From an uncultured Gemmatimonadaceae bacterium (GTDB lineage Bacteria; Gemmatimonadota; Gemmatimonadetes; Gemmatimonadales; Gemmatimonadaceae), in the NCBI GenBank assembly GCA_963790305.1, contig CAWBOC010000002.1, forward strand, positions 1 to 64,000: a DNA stretch of 64,000 nt, in the 5' to 3' direction. Shown here in pieces: positions 9,334 to 20,809 of this stretch. A program made the position numbers and the translations under genes. Numbering within the stretch: the first letter of the stretch is position 1; each line of letters begins with the position of its first letter. Under the pieces are notes generated by a model. It did no database searches, had not been told where the DNA came from, and saw only the letters and a list, made by a program, of their open reading frames with translations.

Positions 9334-10969
9334 CTACCTCGCATACGTCTCCGCACTGCGCAGCCCTTTCCGGCACTCCGGCCACGCGCGCGCCTGTCCC
9401 GTCTGCGGGTCGGCCGGGAGTGGGTCCAGACGGTCGCGCGGCATGGTGGCCGGATCTTCCGAGGCCTGATACGCGAGCGACGCGATGAGGATCGCGTTGC
9501 TGCGCAGATCATCCAGCACGATCTTGTCGTACGTGTCCCGGTTGGTGTGCCAAGTCGTTAGGCCGTAGTCCCAGCTCAAGGAGCCGAGACCGAAGGCCGG
9601 CGCGCCGGCGCAGGCAAAGGACGCGTGATCGGAGCCTCCGGTCGCAGGCATGCCGGGCCGGCCGAAGCGAATGAACTGGGTGATGTCGCGGGGAATCTCG
9701 CCGAGGTAGCGCTGCAGGATGGTCGCGGTGCCGGGCAGCGCTCCCGGGCCCATCGACGCGATGCGGCCAGTCCCGTTGTCCTGATTGAAGAGCGCCTGCA
9801 CCCCCTGCACGATCGCCGGGTGATCCTCCACAAAGGCGCGCGAGCCGTTCAACCCCTGCTCCTCACCGCTCCAGTGCCCCACGAGAATCGTGCGGCGTGG
9901 GTTGGGCAGCACGGTCCGGAGGATTCGCATCGCCTCCATCATCGCGACGGTGCCGGTGCCATTGTCGGTGGCGCCGCCGGAGGCCGACCACGAGTCGAAG
10001 TGCGCGGAGAGAATCACGTACTCGTCAGGCTTTTCGCGGCCGCGGATTTCGGCGATGGTGTTGAAGACCGGCCGTTCGCCGCGCATCTCGGTCGCCGCGT
10101 CGACGCGCAGGCGCGGCGACTGCCGCCGCTCAGCCAGCCGCGCGAGCAGACCGTAGTCCTCGCAGGTGACATTGATGCCAAGGACGCGGAGCCGCGGCGA
10201 GCCGAAGACCTTGTCGATGCCCGGATAGCCGGAGAAGCCGTGGGTGATGACGCCGGCTGCCCCGGCGGCGCGCAGGCGGTCCTGGAGACTATCGGCGGCG
10301 CTGGTTCGCGCGCGCCAAACCGCATTCACCGAGTCCTGTTGCGCGCGAATCCTCTCCTGCGACTCTGGTGTGCCGTACTCTGCCCACTGGTCGCGTGACC
10401 GACAGGACAGCTGCGGTGGGCTCGCGAGAACGAACTTTCCGCGAACGCTCCGCAGCCACGTCGCGTACGCGTCGCCCGTCCCGGAGTCCGGCAAGCGTCA
10501 CGACATCGCCTGTCACCGCCTTCCCGCCGGTGCCGGGGCTCCACGCCAGGGTGATGGCCTCGAGCGTCCGCACACGTGGCGCGATGAGGTCGACGTGCGT
10601 ATGTCCCCGCTGCCAGGAGGGCCACGTCCCATAGCGGTGTTGTCGCGCTGGAATCCCCCACTTCTGATACATCGACATCGCCCAGCGGCTCGCGCTCTCG
10701 ATCTCGGGCGATGCGGTGAGGCGCGCCCCAATGGAGTCGATGAGCGCCTGTGCCAGCGTCGCGACTTGCGATCGTTGCGTTCCCTCCTCCCAAATACGCG
10801 CGATGACCGGATCGGTCGGTGCCGTTTGCCGCACGTACGGGGGAAGCGAGTCGGCGGGGATCGGTGTCGCGCCTGGCGCCGGGGCGATCTCCCGGCGTTG
10901 CGCGCCGGGCTGGGCATTCAGAGCGGCGCTGACGAAAAGCAATGCGAGGGAGGCGAAGCGGAGTTTCAT
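9334..10969 (-). CDS. M28-family metallopeptidase (carboxypeptidase Q-like; frameshifted at about 10495)
   Basis: Signal peptide MKLRFASLALL; SAHFDSW, GATDNGTG, SGEEQGL, GSDH and WHTNRDT M28 motifs. Confidence 0.9.
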
Positions 10970-11025
10970 TGCGGTGCGGTCTCTGGTGAGGTGTGGGTTG
11001 CTCGAACTGCGAACTGCCGGCATCC

Positions 11026-11246
11026 AGGCATCCAGGTTCAAAGTTGGGACGCGGATCACTCGGATTCAGCGGATAACGCTGATGACGCCGCGCGCATTCA
11101 ACTCTCCTCGACAGGAGCAAACAGCTTTGGATTTCAACAGCAACAGCTTCCTGCTTTTGCGCGTGGAGAGTCTTCGGCCCGGGAAGCGATCCGCCTGATC
11201 CGCTGAATCCGCGTAATCCGCGTCCCAACTTTGAACCTGGATGCCT
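11026..11246. repeat. MITE/REPIN-like element, copy 1 (31-bp perfect terminal inverted repeats)
   Basis: AGGCATCCAGGTTCAAAGTTGGGACGCGGAT at 11026-11056 is the exact reverse complement of 11216-11246; related copy at 44487. Confidence 0.9.
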
Positions 11247-11349
11247 ATCGTGCCGCCCTAGTATGCCCGCCCTGCCCGAGTAGTCGGAAGTATCGATCTC
11301 CACTACCTTTCGGCGCCCGTCGTGGTCTCCCCCGGTCGTGATCAAAGGC

Positions 11350-12330
11350 ATGGCCAGAAAAAATTCGAAAACCCCAAAGACATCTCGCTCGCCGAAGCCG
11401 GAGCGCGCGCTGCGAACGGCGACCGGGAAGAAGGCGAATCCGGCTACGGCGGCGGAAGCGGAAGCGGAGTCGCGCGAGGGACTCCGCGAGCGCACTGAAG
11501 AGGGGCACCTGGCGGCGGGGCGTCGCCCGCCGTCGCGCGAGGCGCCCAGCCGGCGCTCTGGCGCCGTCAAGATCCTCATCGACCAGTCCATCCGCGACTG
11601 GAGCCCGCCCGTCACCGAGGATGAGAAGCTGCTGCACACGCGGAGCGACGAACGCCGCGACTTCACGCGCACCGACACGTGGCGCATCCTGCGAATCACG
11701 AGTGAGTTCATCGAGGGATTCGATACGCTGGCGACGGTCGATAAGGGCGTCACCGTGTTCGGCTCGGCACGCATCGGCCCCGATGATCCGCATTACGAGA
11801 AGGCGCGCGAGACGTCGCGCCTCCTGGCGGAGGCGGGCTTCGCGATCATCACCGGCGCTGGCCCGGGGATCATGGAAGCGGCGAATCGTGGCGCGCGAGA
11901 CGCCGGCGGCCGCTCCATTGGCTGCAACATCGAGCTGCCTTTCGAGCAGGGCGCCAACCCCTACGTCGATACGCTCATCAACTTCCGCTACTTCATGGTG
12001 CGGAAGACGATGTTCATCAAATACTCGGTGGCGTTCATCATCTTCCCCGGTGGCTTCGGAACGCTCGATGAGCTGTTCGAAGCGCTGACCCTCATTCAGA
12101 CCGGGAAGATCTATCACTTCCCGGTCATCCTGATGGGACGGCACTACTGGGCGGGACTCATCCGCTGGCTCCAGTCGCGTGTCCTCGTCGAGAAGAAGAT
12201 CTCGCCAGGCGACATGGATCTCATCCTCATCACGGATGATCCCGCCGAAGCGGCGAACGCGGTGGTCACGGCGTACAACGCGCAGACGCAGGTCGCGAGC
12301 GAGCGCGAGGCGATCTATGAAAAAATCTAA
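11350..12330 (+). CDS. LOG-family (TIGR00730) nucleotide phosphoribohydrolase with basic N-terminal extension
   Basis: [37 protein letters not shown] motifs. Confidence 0.9.
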   Translation: MARKNSKTPKTSRSPKPERALRTATGKKANPATAAEAEAESREGLRERTEEGHLAAGRRPPSREAPSRRSGAVKILIDQSIRDWSPPVTEDEKLLHTRSDERRDFTRTDTWRILRITSEFIEGFDTLATVDKGVTVFGSARIGPDDPHYEKARETSRLLAEAGFAIITGAGPGIMEAANRGARDAGGRSIGCNIELPFEQGANPYVDTLINFRYFMVRKTMFIKYSVAFIIFPGGFGTLDELFEALTLIQTGKIYHFPVILMGRHYWAGLIRWLQSRVLVEKKISPGDMDLILITDDPAEAANAVVTAYNAQTQVASEREAIYEKI

Positions 12331-13627
12331 GGGCGGCGGAGGGAGTCGAGGCGATTCCGGGAAGCGCGATCGCGGAGGCTTCAAGGCGTCCCGCCATGGC
12401 ACCGGGAAGCGCGCGTCACCGGCTGGGCCCAAGGCTGCGCAGAAGGCCGCGGCGGAGGCTCGTGAGGCGAAAGGAGATGGACGCTCGAAGGCGCAGGAGT
12501 CCCGTTTTCTGCGCGGACAAGCCATCTCGCCCTCGCCGATTACGGGGAAGGAGACCGCCGCGGACCTGATCGACAACGCCTTTCTCGCCTACAACGCGGC
12601 CCGGCTGCGCGAGGCGTGCCTGCTGTACACGCGAAAGATGCTCGAGCCCGATGTCACGGTCGGGCTCACCCTCACCGGCGCGCTGACACCGGCAGGGCTC
12701 GGCATGGCGGCGATCATTCCGCTCATCGAAGCGGGCTTCGTCGACTGGATCATCTCGACGGGCGCCAACCTCTATCATGACACGCATTTCGGACTGGGCC
12801 TGGCGATGCATCGCGGAAATCCGCAGGAGTCGGACGTCGTCCTGCGCGAGGAAGGCATCGTCCGCATCTACGACATCTTCTTCGACTACGATGTCCTGCT
12901 GTCCACCGACGCGTTCTTCCGCAAGATCATCCGGCAGCCGGAATTCCAGCGGGCGATGTCGAGCGCCGAGTTCCACTGGCTGGCGGGGAAGTACGTGCGG
13001 GAGCGGGAGCGCGCGTTAGGCATCGGCACGAAGTCACTGCTGTCGGCTGCGCATACCGCGAGCGTGCCGATCTACACGTCGTCCCCCGGTGATTCCTCGA
13101 TCGGGATGAACATCGCCGCGCTCGCGCTGGAGGGAAATGAGCTCATCCTGGACCCGAACCGCGACGTGAACGAGACGGCGTCGATCGTGCTCAGCGCGAA
13201 GCGCGGTGGCGGGAAGAGTGGTGTGTTCATCGTCGGCGGCGGCTCCCCGAAAAACTTCGCCCTCCAGACCGAGCCGCAAATCCAGGAAGTGCTCGGCATC
13301 GACGAAAAAGGTCACGACTTTTTCCTGCAATTGACCGACGCTCGGCCCGATACCGGCGGGCTTTCGGGCGCCACCCCCGCCGAAGCGGTGAGCTGGGGGA
13401 AGATCGACCCCGATCGCCTTCCCGATGCGGTGGTGTGCTACGCGGATTCGACGATCTCGCTGCCCCTGCTCGCGAGCTACGCGCTCGCCAACCGTCGCCC
13501 GCGCCCGCTCAAGCGGCTGTACGACCGCCGGAAGGCGATGATGGACGTGCTGATTCGAGAGTTCGAGCAGGCGACGGGGCCGGGTGAAGCGAACGAGGTC
13601 GACGCGAAGCTGCCAATGCATCGGTAG
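12317..13627 (+). CDS. Deoxyhypusine synthase-like protein (probable homospermidine biosynthesis protein)
   Basis: [42 protein letters not shown] (catalytic Lys motif); overlaps LOG stop by 14 nt. Confidence 0.88.
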   Translation: MKKSKGGGGSRGDSGKRDRGGFKASRHGTGKRASPAGPKAAQKAAAEAREAKGDGRSKAQESRFLRGQAISPSPITGKETAADLIDNAFLAYNAARLREACLLYTRKMLEPDVTVGLTLTGALTPAGLGMAAIIPLIEAGFVDWIISTGANLYHDTHFGLGLAMHRGNPQESDVVLREEGIVRIYDIFFDYDVLLSTDAFFRKIIRQPEFQRAMSSAEFHWLAGKYVRERERALGIGTKSLLSAAHTASVPIYTSSPGDSSIGMNIAALALEGNELILDPNRDVNETASIVLSAKRGGGKSGVFIVGGGSPKNFALQTEPQIQEVLGIDEKGHDFFLQLTDARPDTGGLSGATPAEAVSWGKIDPDRLPDAVVCYADSTISLPLLASYALANRRPRPLKRLYDRRKAMMDVLIREFEQATGPGEANEVDAKLPMHR

Positions 13628-13630
13628 GCC

Positions 13631-13729
13631 AATGCGGAATGCGGAACGAGACACCGTTGGTGAAATCGAGCCGCTAATCAACGGCGCCGCGCGAGGTTAA
13701 CAAGCCTCCGCATTCGGTATTCGAATTCG
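13631..13729. repeat. AATGCGG-unit inverted repeat (degenerate right arm)
   Basis: AATGCGGAATGCGGAA ... TCCGCATTCGGTATTCGAATTCG, 3 nt after the stop codon. Confidence 0.75.
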
Positions 13730-13828
13730 GGTTGCTCCCCCATCGCGAGACTCGTCTTTCTTGCGATGCTGACGCCTTCCCGCCTCACGCCGAAGTTCAA
13801 TCCGGCCGCCCCGGTTCCGCGCAGGACG

Positions 13829-14164
13829 ATGCAGAACATCATGGCGACCGGGGTCGGGCAGGCGGCGACGCGACCGCTTGCTCTCGCCGCGGTGCTCGGT
13901 ACGGCTGGCGCGCTCGCCATTCTCCTCTTTCTGCCCGAACATTGGCCGTTAGTCACGCCACTCATTTGCGCGGCGTGCTTTGGGGCGTGGGGGCTCGCGG
14001 CGAAGCAGACGCAAGTGCTCGACCTCCTTCACCGGCGCGCTCCCACGCTGCGATTCTGGTTGCGCGTCGCGCGGACGACCGCCACCAGCATCGGCGTCGC
14101 GTCGGCGGCGATCGGAATCATCGAGCTGTTCCTCCGCCTCATCCGGCCGGCCGCGCTGCTGTAG
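13829..14164 (+). CDS. hypothetical membrane protein
   Basis: Three hydrophobic segments; start uncertain (13766, 13829 or 13841). Confidence 0.55.
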   Translation: MQNIMATGVGQAATRPLALAAVLGTAGALAILLFLPEHWPLVTPLICAACFGAWGLAAKQTQVLDLLHRRAPTLRFWLRVARTTATSIGVASAAIGIIELFLRLIRPAALL

Positions 14165-14934
14165 CGCGTACCGACCGTACGAAGTTCATCCGCGACAGGT
14201 CGCCGCGCGACACCAGGGCGACGACGTCCTCACGGCCCAGCACCGCCCGTGTAATTGCGCGGTCGCTCCACCCTCGCGCGATGCGCTCCTCCACCGCGCC
14301 GATCGTCTCCTCCAGCCACGTCGCCTTCGCGACCAGCGCCTCGGCGCCGTTAGGCACGAGGCCGCGATGCGCGTCGAGGAGCACGCGCGGGCGTAGCGCC
14401 GCCGCCCGGCGAGCGCTCCTGGCGAGTGCACGGGGATCCTCCATCGGCCGGGCGACGCGCACCTTCACACCCAGGAACAGGTCTCCGGCGAACAAGGTCT
14501 CGCGCTCCGCGTCCCAGACCACGTGGTGATCGGGCGAGTGGCCGGGTGTGGCGATGAGCTCGAGCCCCACCGGCTCGTACGGCTCGACGCGTCGATCGCA
14601 GCGGCGGCATCGTTCCCCAACAGACGCGCCGGTAGAGCCCGACGTTCGCTTCTCCCGCGCGCAGGGCGTCTTCCGTCGAGCGCGCCATCGCGATCGGAAT
14701 ACCACGGCTAGCCACCAGGCTGACGTTGCCAGCGTGGTCCTCGTGCTGGTGCGTCACGACGACGCCGCGCGGCCGTCGCTCATCGAGCAACCGCTCCACC
14801 GTGTGCCGCGCACCCGGGAAGCCCGTGTCGATCAGCTGCCCCCGAACGAGGAAGACGCAGACCGAGTATCCCATGGCCGCGCTGCGCCATGACCGGAGCC
14901 GTATCAGCTCGACATCGCTGGCATTGCCAACCAC
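14139..14934 (-). CDS. MBL-fold metallo-hydrolase (frameshifted at about 14590)
   Basis: LIDTG and THQHEDHAGN in one frame; TPGHSPDH, AGDLF and DAHRG in the next frame. Confidence 0.8.
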
Positions 14935-14937
14935 CGC

Positions 14938-15016
14938 TTTACTTTGGCTACCCCCCTGCCTACAATGAAAAGACACGCGGAGCGCCCTCCCTTCCGGCAG
15001 GGCGCTCCGACTTTTG
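14938..15016 (+). promoter_or_regulatory. greA promoter followed by leader terminator-like hairpin
   Basis: TTTACT-17-TACAAT (14938-14966); 11-bp stem CGGAGCGCCCT/AGGGCGCTCCG (14978-15009) followed by ACTTTT. Confidence 0.6.
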
Positions 15017-15033
15017 CACCCCGGGGCCGCCGC

Positions 15034-15522
15034 ATGATCGAAGAGCTGAAGCAAAAGCTGGGACTGGAGGTCGAGCACCTCCAGCACGAGCTCAACGTCA
15101 CACTGCCGAACGAGATTCGGAAGGCGGTGGAGCTCGGCGACCTGCGCGAGAATTCGGAGTACAAGGCCGCGCTCGAGCGCCAGCAGTTCGTGCAGGCTCG
15201 CCTCGGGCAGCTGCGTCAGCGTCTGAGCAAGCTCTCGCAGATCGACATGACGCAGATCCCCACCGACCGCGTAGGTCTCGGCTCGCGCGTCGTGGTGAAG
15301 GACGTGAAGACCGGCGCCTCGGAGGAATACCACCTCGTGTTCGGCGACGCCTCGGATTTCGATGAGGGCCACGTGAGCATGGCTTCGCCGATCGGAAAGG
15401 CGCTCGTCGGCAAAGGGGTCGGCGACGTGACGATGCTACGGCTGCCGAACGTAACGCGGCAGCTGAAGATCGTGGAGCTGGTGACGATTCACGAGGCGGC
15501 AGCGACGAATGGGAAGAAATAG
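15034..15522 (+). CDS. greA: Transcription elongation factor GreA
   Basis: GDLRENSEY acidic tip, coiled coil, SPIGKALVGKGVGD. Confidence 0.9.
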   Translation: MIEELKQKLGLEVEHLQHELNVTLPNEIRKAVELGDLRENSEYKAALERQQFVQARLGQLRQRLSKLSQIDMTQIPTDRVGLGSRVVVKDVKTGASEEYHLVFGDASDFDEGHVSMASPIGKALVGKGVGDVTMLRLPNVTRQLKIVELVTIHEAAATNGKK

Positions 15523-15613
15523 GTCGTCGAGGATGTCGCGGTCGTCGAGGTGATCGAGGGAAGTCGTTGCCTCTCCTCGATCACCTCGACGACCTGGACA
15601 CCCTCGACCACCT
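15521..15613. repeat. 9-mer (AGGTCGTCG-type) tandem/inverted repeat
   Basis: Four 9-nt units per arm; perfect 20-bp inner stem 15540-15559/15575-15594; fills the whole gap between convergent greA and glpD. Confidence 0.9.
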
Positions 15614-17320
15614 TTAGTCCGCGATCCCGAATATCCTCGCGATCTCCGAGCGATACTCCGCCAGCTGGGCCGTGTAGTCGCTTTCGCTCCAGCCGAGGAG
15701 CGGGCCGACGGCGCGCGCGGCGGCGGGGGCGGCGGCGATGCCGTGGTCGCGCGTCTCGTACGCCACGTGCAGGCGGCGAATCAGCAAATCCCCCAACGTG
15801 AGCGCCATCTCCTGCTCCACCGCGTAGTGGAGCTCGGCCACGATGTAGGGGAGCGTCGGGACGACGGGCGCCGACAACGCGGTGTTGCTCCCGACGATCG
15901 TCCACACGGCGCGCCAGGCGGTGCCGTACATGCGCACCGAGATGCTCGGCCAGCGGAGCGATGCCAATCGTCGCGGTGGCGATCGCCGTCTCTTCCGCCA
16001 GCGATGACATGTCGCCACCGGGAAGCGCGACATCGTGCGTCGGGGCGGGATGGCCGGTCGCGCCTAACGCGCGTACGATCTGGTCGACGACTGACGCGGC
16101 CATCGAGCGATACGTCGTGAGCTTGCCGCCCGTCACCGAGAGCAGCCCCGGGGCCGTCCAGGTGATCGAGTGCTCCCGTGAGGTGCTGCCGGGATCCGCC
16201 CCCCGGCCGGCCACCAGCGGCCGTATGCCCGCCCAGGCAGCGACCACATCCGCGGCCGCGAGCTGCGCGCCCGGGAAGTAGGCGTTCGCGGATCGCAGCA
16301 GGTAGTCGACGTCGGCGCGTGTCGCGCGTACCTCGTCGATAGGCCCGGCGTAATCGGTGTCGGTCGTGCCGATGATGGTGAACGGACCCCGCCGGGAGCA
16401 CGAACATCACCCGACCATCGATCGCCGACAGCACCGTCAGCGCGTCGCGATTGCCGACGCGGTCGCGGGGAACCGCGATGTGGACCCCCTTCGTACCACG
16501 CAAGGCCGTCGATGCGTGTGCGATCGACCATCCGACGAATCGAGTCCGACCACGGACCGGTAGCGTTCACGACCGCCCGCGCGGTGACGTCGACGCCTTT
16601 CCCCGTGATCCGATCGACGACGTGCGCACCGGTCACGTGCGACCCGGCGCGGCGGAGCGTGCGCACCTCGGCGTGATTCATCACGGTGGCGCCTTCGTCC
16701 ACCGCGGCGCGTACGTTGGCGAGCGTGAGGCGCACGTCGTTCGTCGATGCGTCGAAGTAGCGCGCTCCGCCGTGCAGGCCGTCTCGCCGAATCGCCGGCT
16801 CGAGCTCGAGCACTTCAGCCGGTAGCAGTCGCCGGTGATTACCGCCCAGGTTGCGGAACAGCGCGAGGGCGTCGTACACCATCAGGCCGGCGCCGAGCTT
16901 CCACAGCGGCACGCGGGCCTCGTCGTACACCGGCCACGTGAAGGCGAGCGGCCGCACCAGGTGGGGCGCAATGCGCATGAGCGTGCGCCGCTCGCGGCTG
17001 GACTCGAACACGAGATGCAGCCACCCATGCTCGAGATAGCGAAGGCCGCCGTGGATGAGGCGCGATGACCGGCTGGATGTGCCGCTCGCGAAGTCGTCCC
17101 GCTCGACGAGCGCCGTCCGAAGTCCCCGCATGGCCGCGTCGCGCGCGACCCCGGCGCCGGTGATGCCGCCGCCGATGATGAGGACATCGAACCGCGCATG
17201 GCTCAACAGCTCCAGCGCGGCACGGCGGGCGTGCGCGGAGAACGGCCGCGTTGTCACCGTGCGCGACGCCGCCGGGCGTGGCGACGACGGGGCCACGCTC
17301 CTATGTTCCACGGATGGCAA
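15614..17320 (-). CDS. glpD: FAD-dependent glycerol-3-phosphate dehydrogenase (three +1 frameshifts at about 16500, 16390 and 15940)
   Basis: IIGGGITGAG, DFASGTSSRSSRLIHGGLRYL, VNATGPW, TKGVHI, AGIRPL, GGKLTTYR; start may be 17257. Confidence 0.9.
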
Positions 17321-18613
17321 CCAAGAGCAACGGACGGCGCGTCGCGATCGTCGCTGGGCTGCGCACGCCGTTCACGAAGTCCGGGACGGCGTTTCGCGCC
17401 CTGACGAGTCAGGAGCTCGGCAAACTCGTGGTGGCCGAGCTCGTGCAGCGCACGAGTCTCGAGCCCAAGGACGTCGACACGCTCGTGTTCGGGACCGTCG
17501 TGCCCTCGGTGCTCGCGCCGAACATCGCGCGCGAGGTCTCGCTGCTCCCTCTGTTGCCAAAGGGGATCCCTGCGGTCACGGTGAGCCGCGCGTGCGCCTC
17601 CGCCAACCAGGCGATCACCGACGCGGCCGATCAGATCATGCTCGGTCACGCCAATGTGGCCATAGCGGGTGGCGCTGAGTCGCTCTCCAACGTTCCGATT
17701 CTCCATTCCCGCGGGTTTGCCGACGCCGTCGTCGCAGCCTCGCGCGCCAAGTCGGCGCCCAAGCGTCTCGGCGCGTTGGCGCGCATCCGCCCGCGCGACC
17801 TCGTCCCGGTGACGCCAGCGATCGCCGAGCCTTCGACTGGCGAGACGATGGGCCAGTCGGCGGAGAAGATGGCGAAGCTCAATCACATTGCGCGAGAGGA
17901 GCAGGACCAGTTCGCGCTTCGGTCACACCGTTTGGCGGCGGCGGGAACGCACGACGGACGTCTCACGAGCGAGATCGATGGCGGTGTACGTGCCCCCGAA
18001 GTTCGACACCGTGTCGACCACCGATAACGGCATCCGCTCCGACACGACGCTCGAGCAGATGCAGGCACTCAAGCCCGTCTTCGATCGACGGTATGGCACC
18101 GTCACCGCGGGCAACTCCTCGCCTCTGACCGACGGTGCCGCCGCGGTCCTGCTGATGAGCGAGGAAGCTGCCGACGCATCGGGATACGAGCCGCTCGCGT
18201 TCATCAAGTCGTATGCCTACGCGGCGCTCGACCCCGGCGAGCAATTGCTGATGGGCCCGGTGCTCGCTACACCGGTTGCACTCGATCGCGCGGGGCTCAC
18301 GCTGAAGGAGATCGATCTGGTGGAGATGCACGAGGCGTTCGCCGCGCAGGTGTTGTCCAACCTGCAAGGGTTCGAGTCGCGCGAATGGGCGCAGCGCGCG
18401 GGATACCTGCATCCCGTCGGCGAAGTGGACCGCGCGCGTCTCAACGTGATGGGCGGGTCCATAGCCATCGGGCACCCCTTCGGCGCCACGGGCGCGCGCA
18501 TCACCATGACGCTCATCAATGAGCTGCGGCGTCGCGGCGGCCAGTTCGGGCTCATGACCGTGTGCGCGGCGGGGGGCATGGGCTTCGCCATGGTGGTGGA
18601 GAACGCCGGATGA
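17314..18613 (+). CDS. fadI: Acetyl-CoA C-acyltransferase (thiolase; frameshifted at about 17980)
   Basis: VSRACAS, GNSSPLTDGAA, HEAFA, GHPFGATG, CAAGG motifs; coupled to fadJ. Confidence 0.9.
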
Positions 18614-20808
18614 CGGCCACTCCCGCGACCAGACCCGCCGACGTCGCGCGCAAATCCGGCGCGATGAGAATCGACGTCGAGGATGGCGTCGCGATCATCA
18701 CGATGGATCTCCCTAACGAGCCGGTGAACAAGCTCAACCAGGCCGTGAAGGATGACTTCATCGAGCTGATTCGGCGTCTCGACGGCGATGCATCGATTCA
18801 GGCGGCGGTGCTCATCAGCGGCAAGCCCGACACCTTCATCGCTGGCGCCGACATCGAGGAGTTCCTCCAGGTTCGCACCTCCGACGATGCCGAGCGCCTG
18901 TCGCTCGACGGGCAGTCGCTGCTGGACAGACTGGAGCAGCTACGGACACCGGTCGTCGCTGCGATTCATGGCGCATGCATGGGCGGTGGACTCGAGACGG
19001 CCATGGCGTGCGCGTGGCGCATTGGAACCGATCATCCCAAGACCGTGCTCGCGCTCCCGGAGGTGATGCTCGGCCTCATCCCGGGAGCCGGTGGCACGCA
19101 GCGGCTCCCCCGGCTGGTGGGCCTGCGGAACGCGCTGGACATGATCCTCACCGGCAGGAACGTGCGGGCGAAGAAGGCGCTCCAGATGGGCTTGCTCGAT
19201 GAGATGGTGCATCCGTCGATCCTGCGCGACGTCGCGGTGAAGCGGGCGCGTGAGCTCGGGCGCGGCGAAAAGAAGCGGTCCGCCGGCCGGAAGCAGCTCA
19301 CCCTGGCCGATCTGGCGCTGGAGAAGAACCCCGCCGGCCGCGCGATCGTGTTTCGCCAGGCGCGCGAGAAGGTGCGCAAGCAGACGCAGGGACACTATCC
19401 CGCCCCGCCGGCGGCAATCGATGCCGTGGCGGCCGGGTATTCGTTAGGCCGTGAGGGCGGACTTGGCGAAGAGGCGCGGATGTTCGGGCAGATGGCGGTC
19501 ACGCCGCAATCGCGCGAGCTGATTTTCCTCTTCTTCGCCACGACGTCGCTCAAGAAGGATTCCGGCGTCTCCGGGCCGGCCCCCCCGCCGCGAGAGGTGC
19601 AGCGCCTCGCCGTGCTCGGCACCGGCTTCATGGGCGCCGGCATCGCCGCCGTGTCGGCGATGCAGGCGATCGCGGTTCGATTCAAGGATGTCGACCACGC
19701 ACGCGTCGCGAAGGGCCTCAAGTCGGTGTACGACGTGCTCGTCGATCGGCTGCGCAAACGCCAGATCACGCGCACGCAGTTCGACGATCAGATGGCGCTC
19801 GTCGGCGGCACCACTGACTACAGCGGATTCAAAAACGTCGACGTCACCATCGAGGCGGTGTTCGAAGATCTCGCGCTCAAGCACCGCGTACTGCGAGAGG
19901 CGGAAGCGGAGCTCTCTGCACGCGCGCTGTACGCGTCGAATACGAGCTCCATTCCCATCTCACGCATCGCGGAAGCGTCGAAACGCCCCGAGCGGGTGCT
20001 CGGCATGCATTTCTTCTCGCCGGTGCACAAGATGCCGCTGCTCGAGATCATCGTTACGCCAATCACGGCGCCCGAAGTGACGGTGACGGCGGTGGCACTC
20101 GGGAAGCGGCTCGGCAAGCATGTGATCGTCGTGAACGACGGACCGGGCTTCTACACGACGCGCATCCTCGCTGCGTACATGAATGAGGCCGGCCGTCTGC
20201 TCGACGAGGGCGCCGCGGTCGAAGCGATCGACAAGGCGCTCCTCGAGTTCGGATTCCCGGTCGGTCCAATCACCCTGCTCGACGAGGTCGGTATCGAGGT
20301 GGGCGGGAAAATCGCCGGTGTCCTCGCTGACGCGTTCGGAGAGCGCTTTGCATCATCGGAATCGATGCAGCGCGTGATCGCCGCCGGCCGGACCGGCCGC
20401 AAGGGCGGACTCGGCTTTTACGCGTACGGCAAGGATGGGAAGAAGGGTGGCGTCGATCAGTCGGTCTACGAGTTCCTTCCGACGGGAACGGCCCGCGCCG
20501 ACGTCCATCCGGAGGAGATTCACGACCGGACGGTGCTGGCCATGGTGAACGAAGCGGTGCGGTGCCTTGAAGAGGGGGTGCTCCGCTCGCCTCGTGATGG
20601 CGACGTCGGCGCCGTGTTCGGCCTTGGCTTCCCGCCCTTCCGGGGTGGGCCGTTCCGGTACGTGGACAACGAGAGCGCGGAGATGATCATCCGGCGGCTG
20701 GAACAGCTGAATGCCCGCTTTGCGCCGCGCTTCGAGACGGCCGGGTTGCTCGTGGAAATGGCGGAGCGGAGGCGGCGGTTCTACCCGATCGAAGGAAAGC
20801 CTGTTTGA
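18610..20808 (+). CDS. fadJ: Fatty acid oxidation complex subunit alpha (enoyl-CoA hydratase/3-hydroxyacyl-CoA dehydrogenase)
   Basis: FIAGADI, GGGLE, LPEVMLGLIPGAGGTQRL, GTGFMGAG, SNTSS, GMHFFSPV, GFPPFRGGPF. Confidence 0.95.
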   Translation: MTATPATRPADVARKSGAMRIDVEDGVAIITMDLPNEPVNKLNQAVKDDFIELIRRLDGDASIQAAVLISGKPDTFIAGADIEEFLQVRTSDDAERLSLDGQSLLDRLEQLRTPVVAAIHGACMGGGLETAMACAWRIGTDHPKTVLALPEVMLGLIPGAGGTQRLPRLVGLRNALDMILTGRNVRAKKALQMGLLDEMVHPSILRDVAVKRARELGRGEKKRSAGRKQLTLADLALEKNPAGRAIVFRQAREKVRKQTQGHYPAPPAAIDAVAAGYSLGREGGLGEEARMFGQMAVTPQSRELIFLFFATTSLKKDSGVSGPAPPPREVQRLAVLGTGFMGAGIAAVSAMQAIAVRFKDVDHARVAKGLKSVYDVLVDRLRKRQITRTQFDDQMALVGGTTDYSGFKNVDVTIEAVFEDLALKHRVLREAEAELSARALYASNTSSIPISRIAEASKRPERVLGMHFFSPVHKMPLLEIIVTPITAPEVTVTAVALGKRLGKHVIVVNDGPGFYTTRILAAYMNEAGRLLDEGAAVEAIDKALLEFGFPVGPITLLDEVGIEVGGKIAGVLADAFGERFASSESMQRVIAAGRTGRKGGLGFYAYGKDGKKGGVDQSVYEFLPTGTARADVHPEEIHDRTVLAMVNEAVRCLEEGVLRSPRDGDVGAVFGLGFPPFRGGPFRYVDNESAEMIIRRLEQLNARFAPRFETAGLLVEMAERRRRFYPIEGKPV

Positions 20809-20809
20809 C

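Noticed and set aside
15614..18613. Programmed frameshifting in glpD and fadI
   Set aside because: No consistent slippery sites, and the shifts match the window-wide +1 error pattern.
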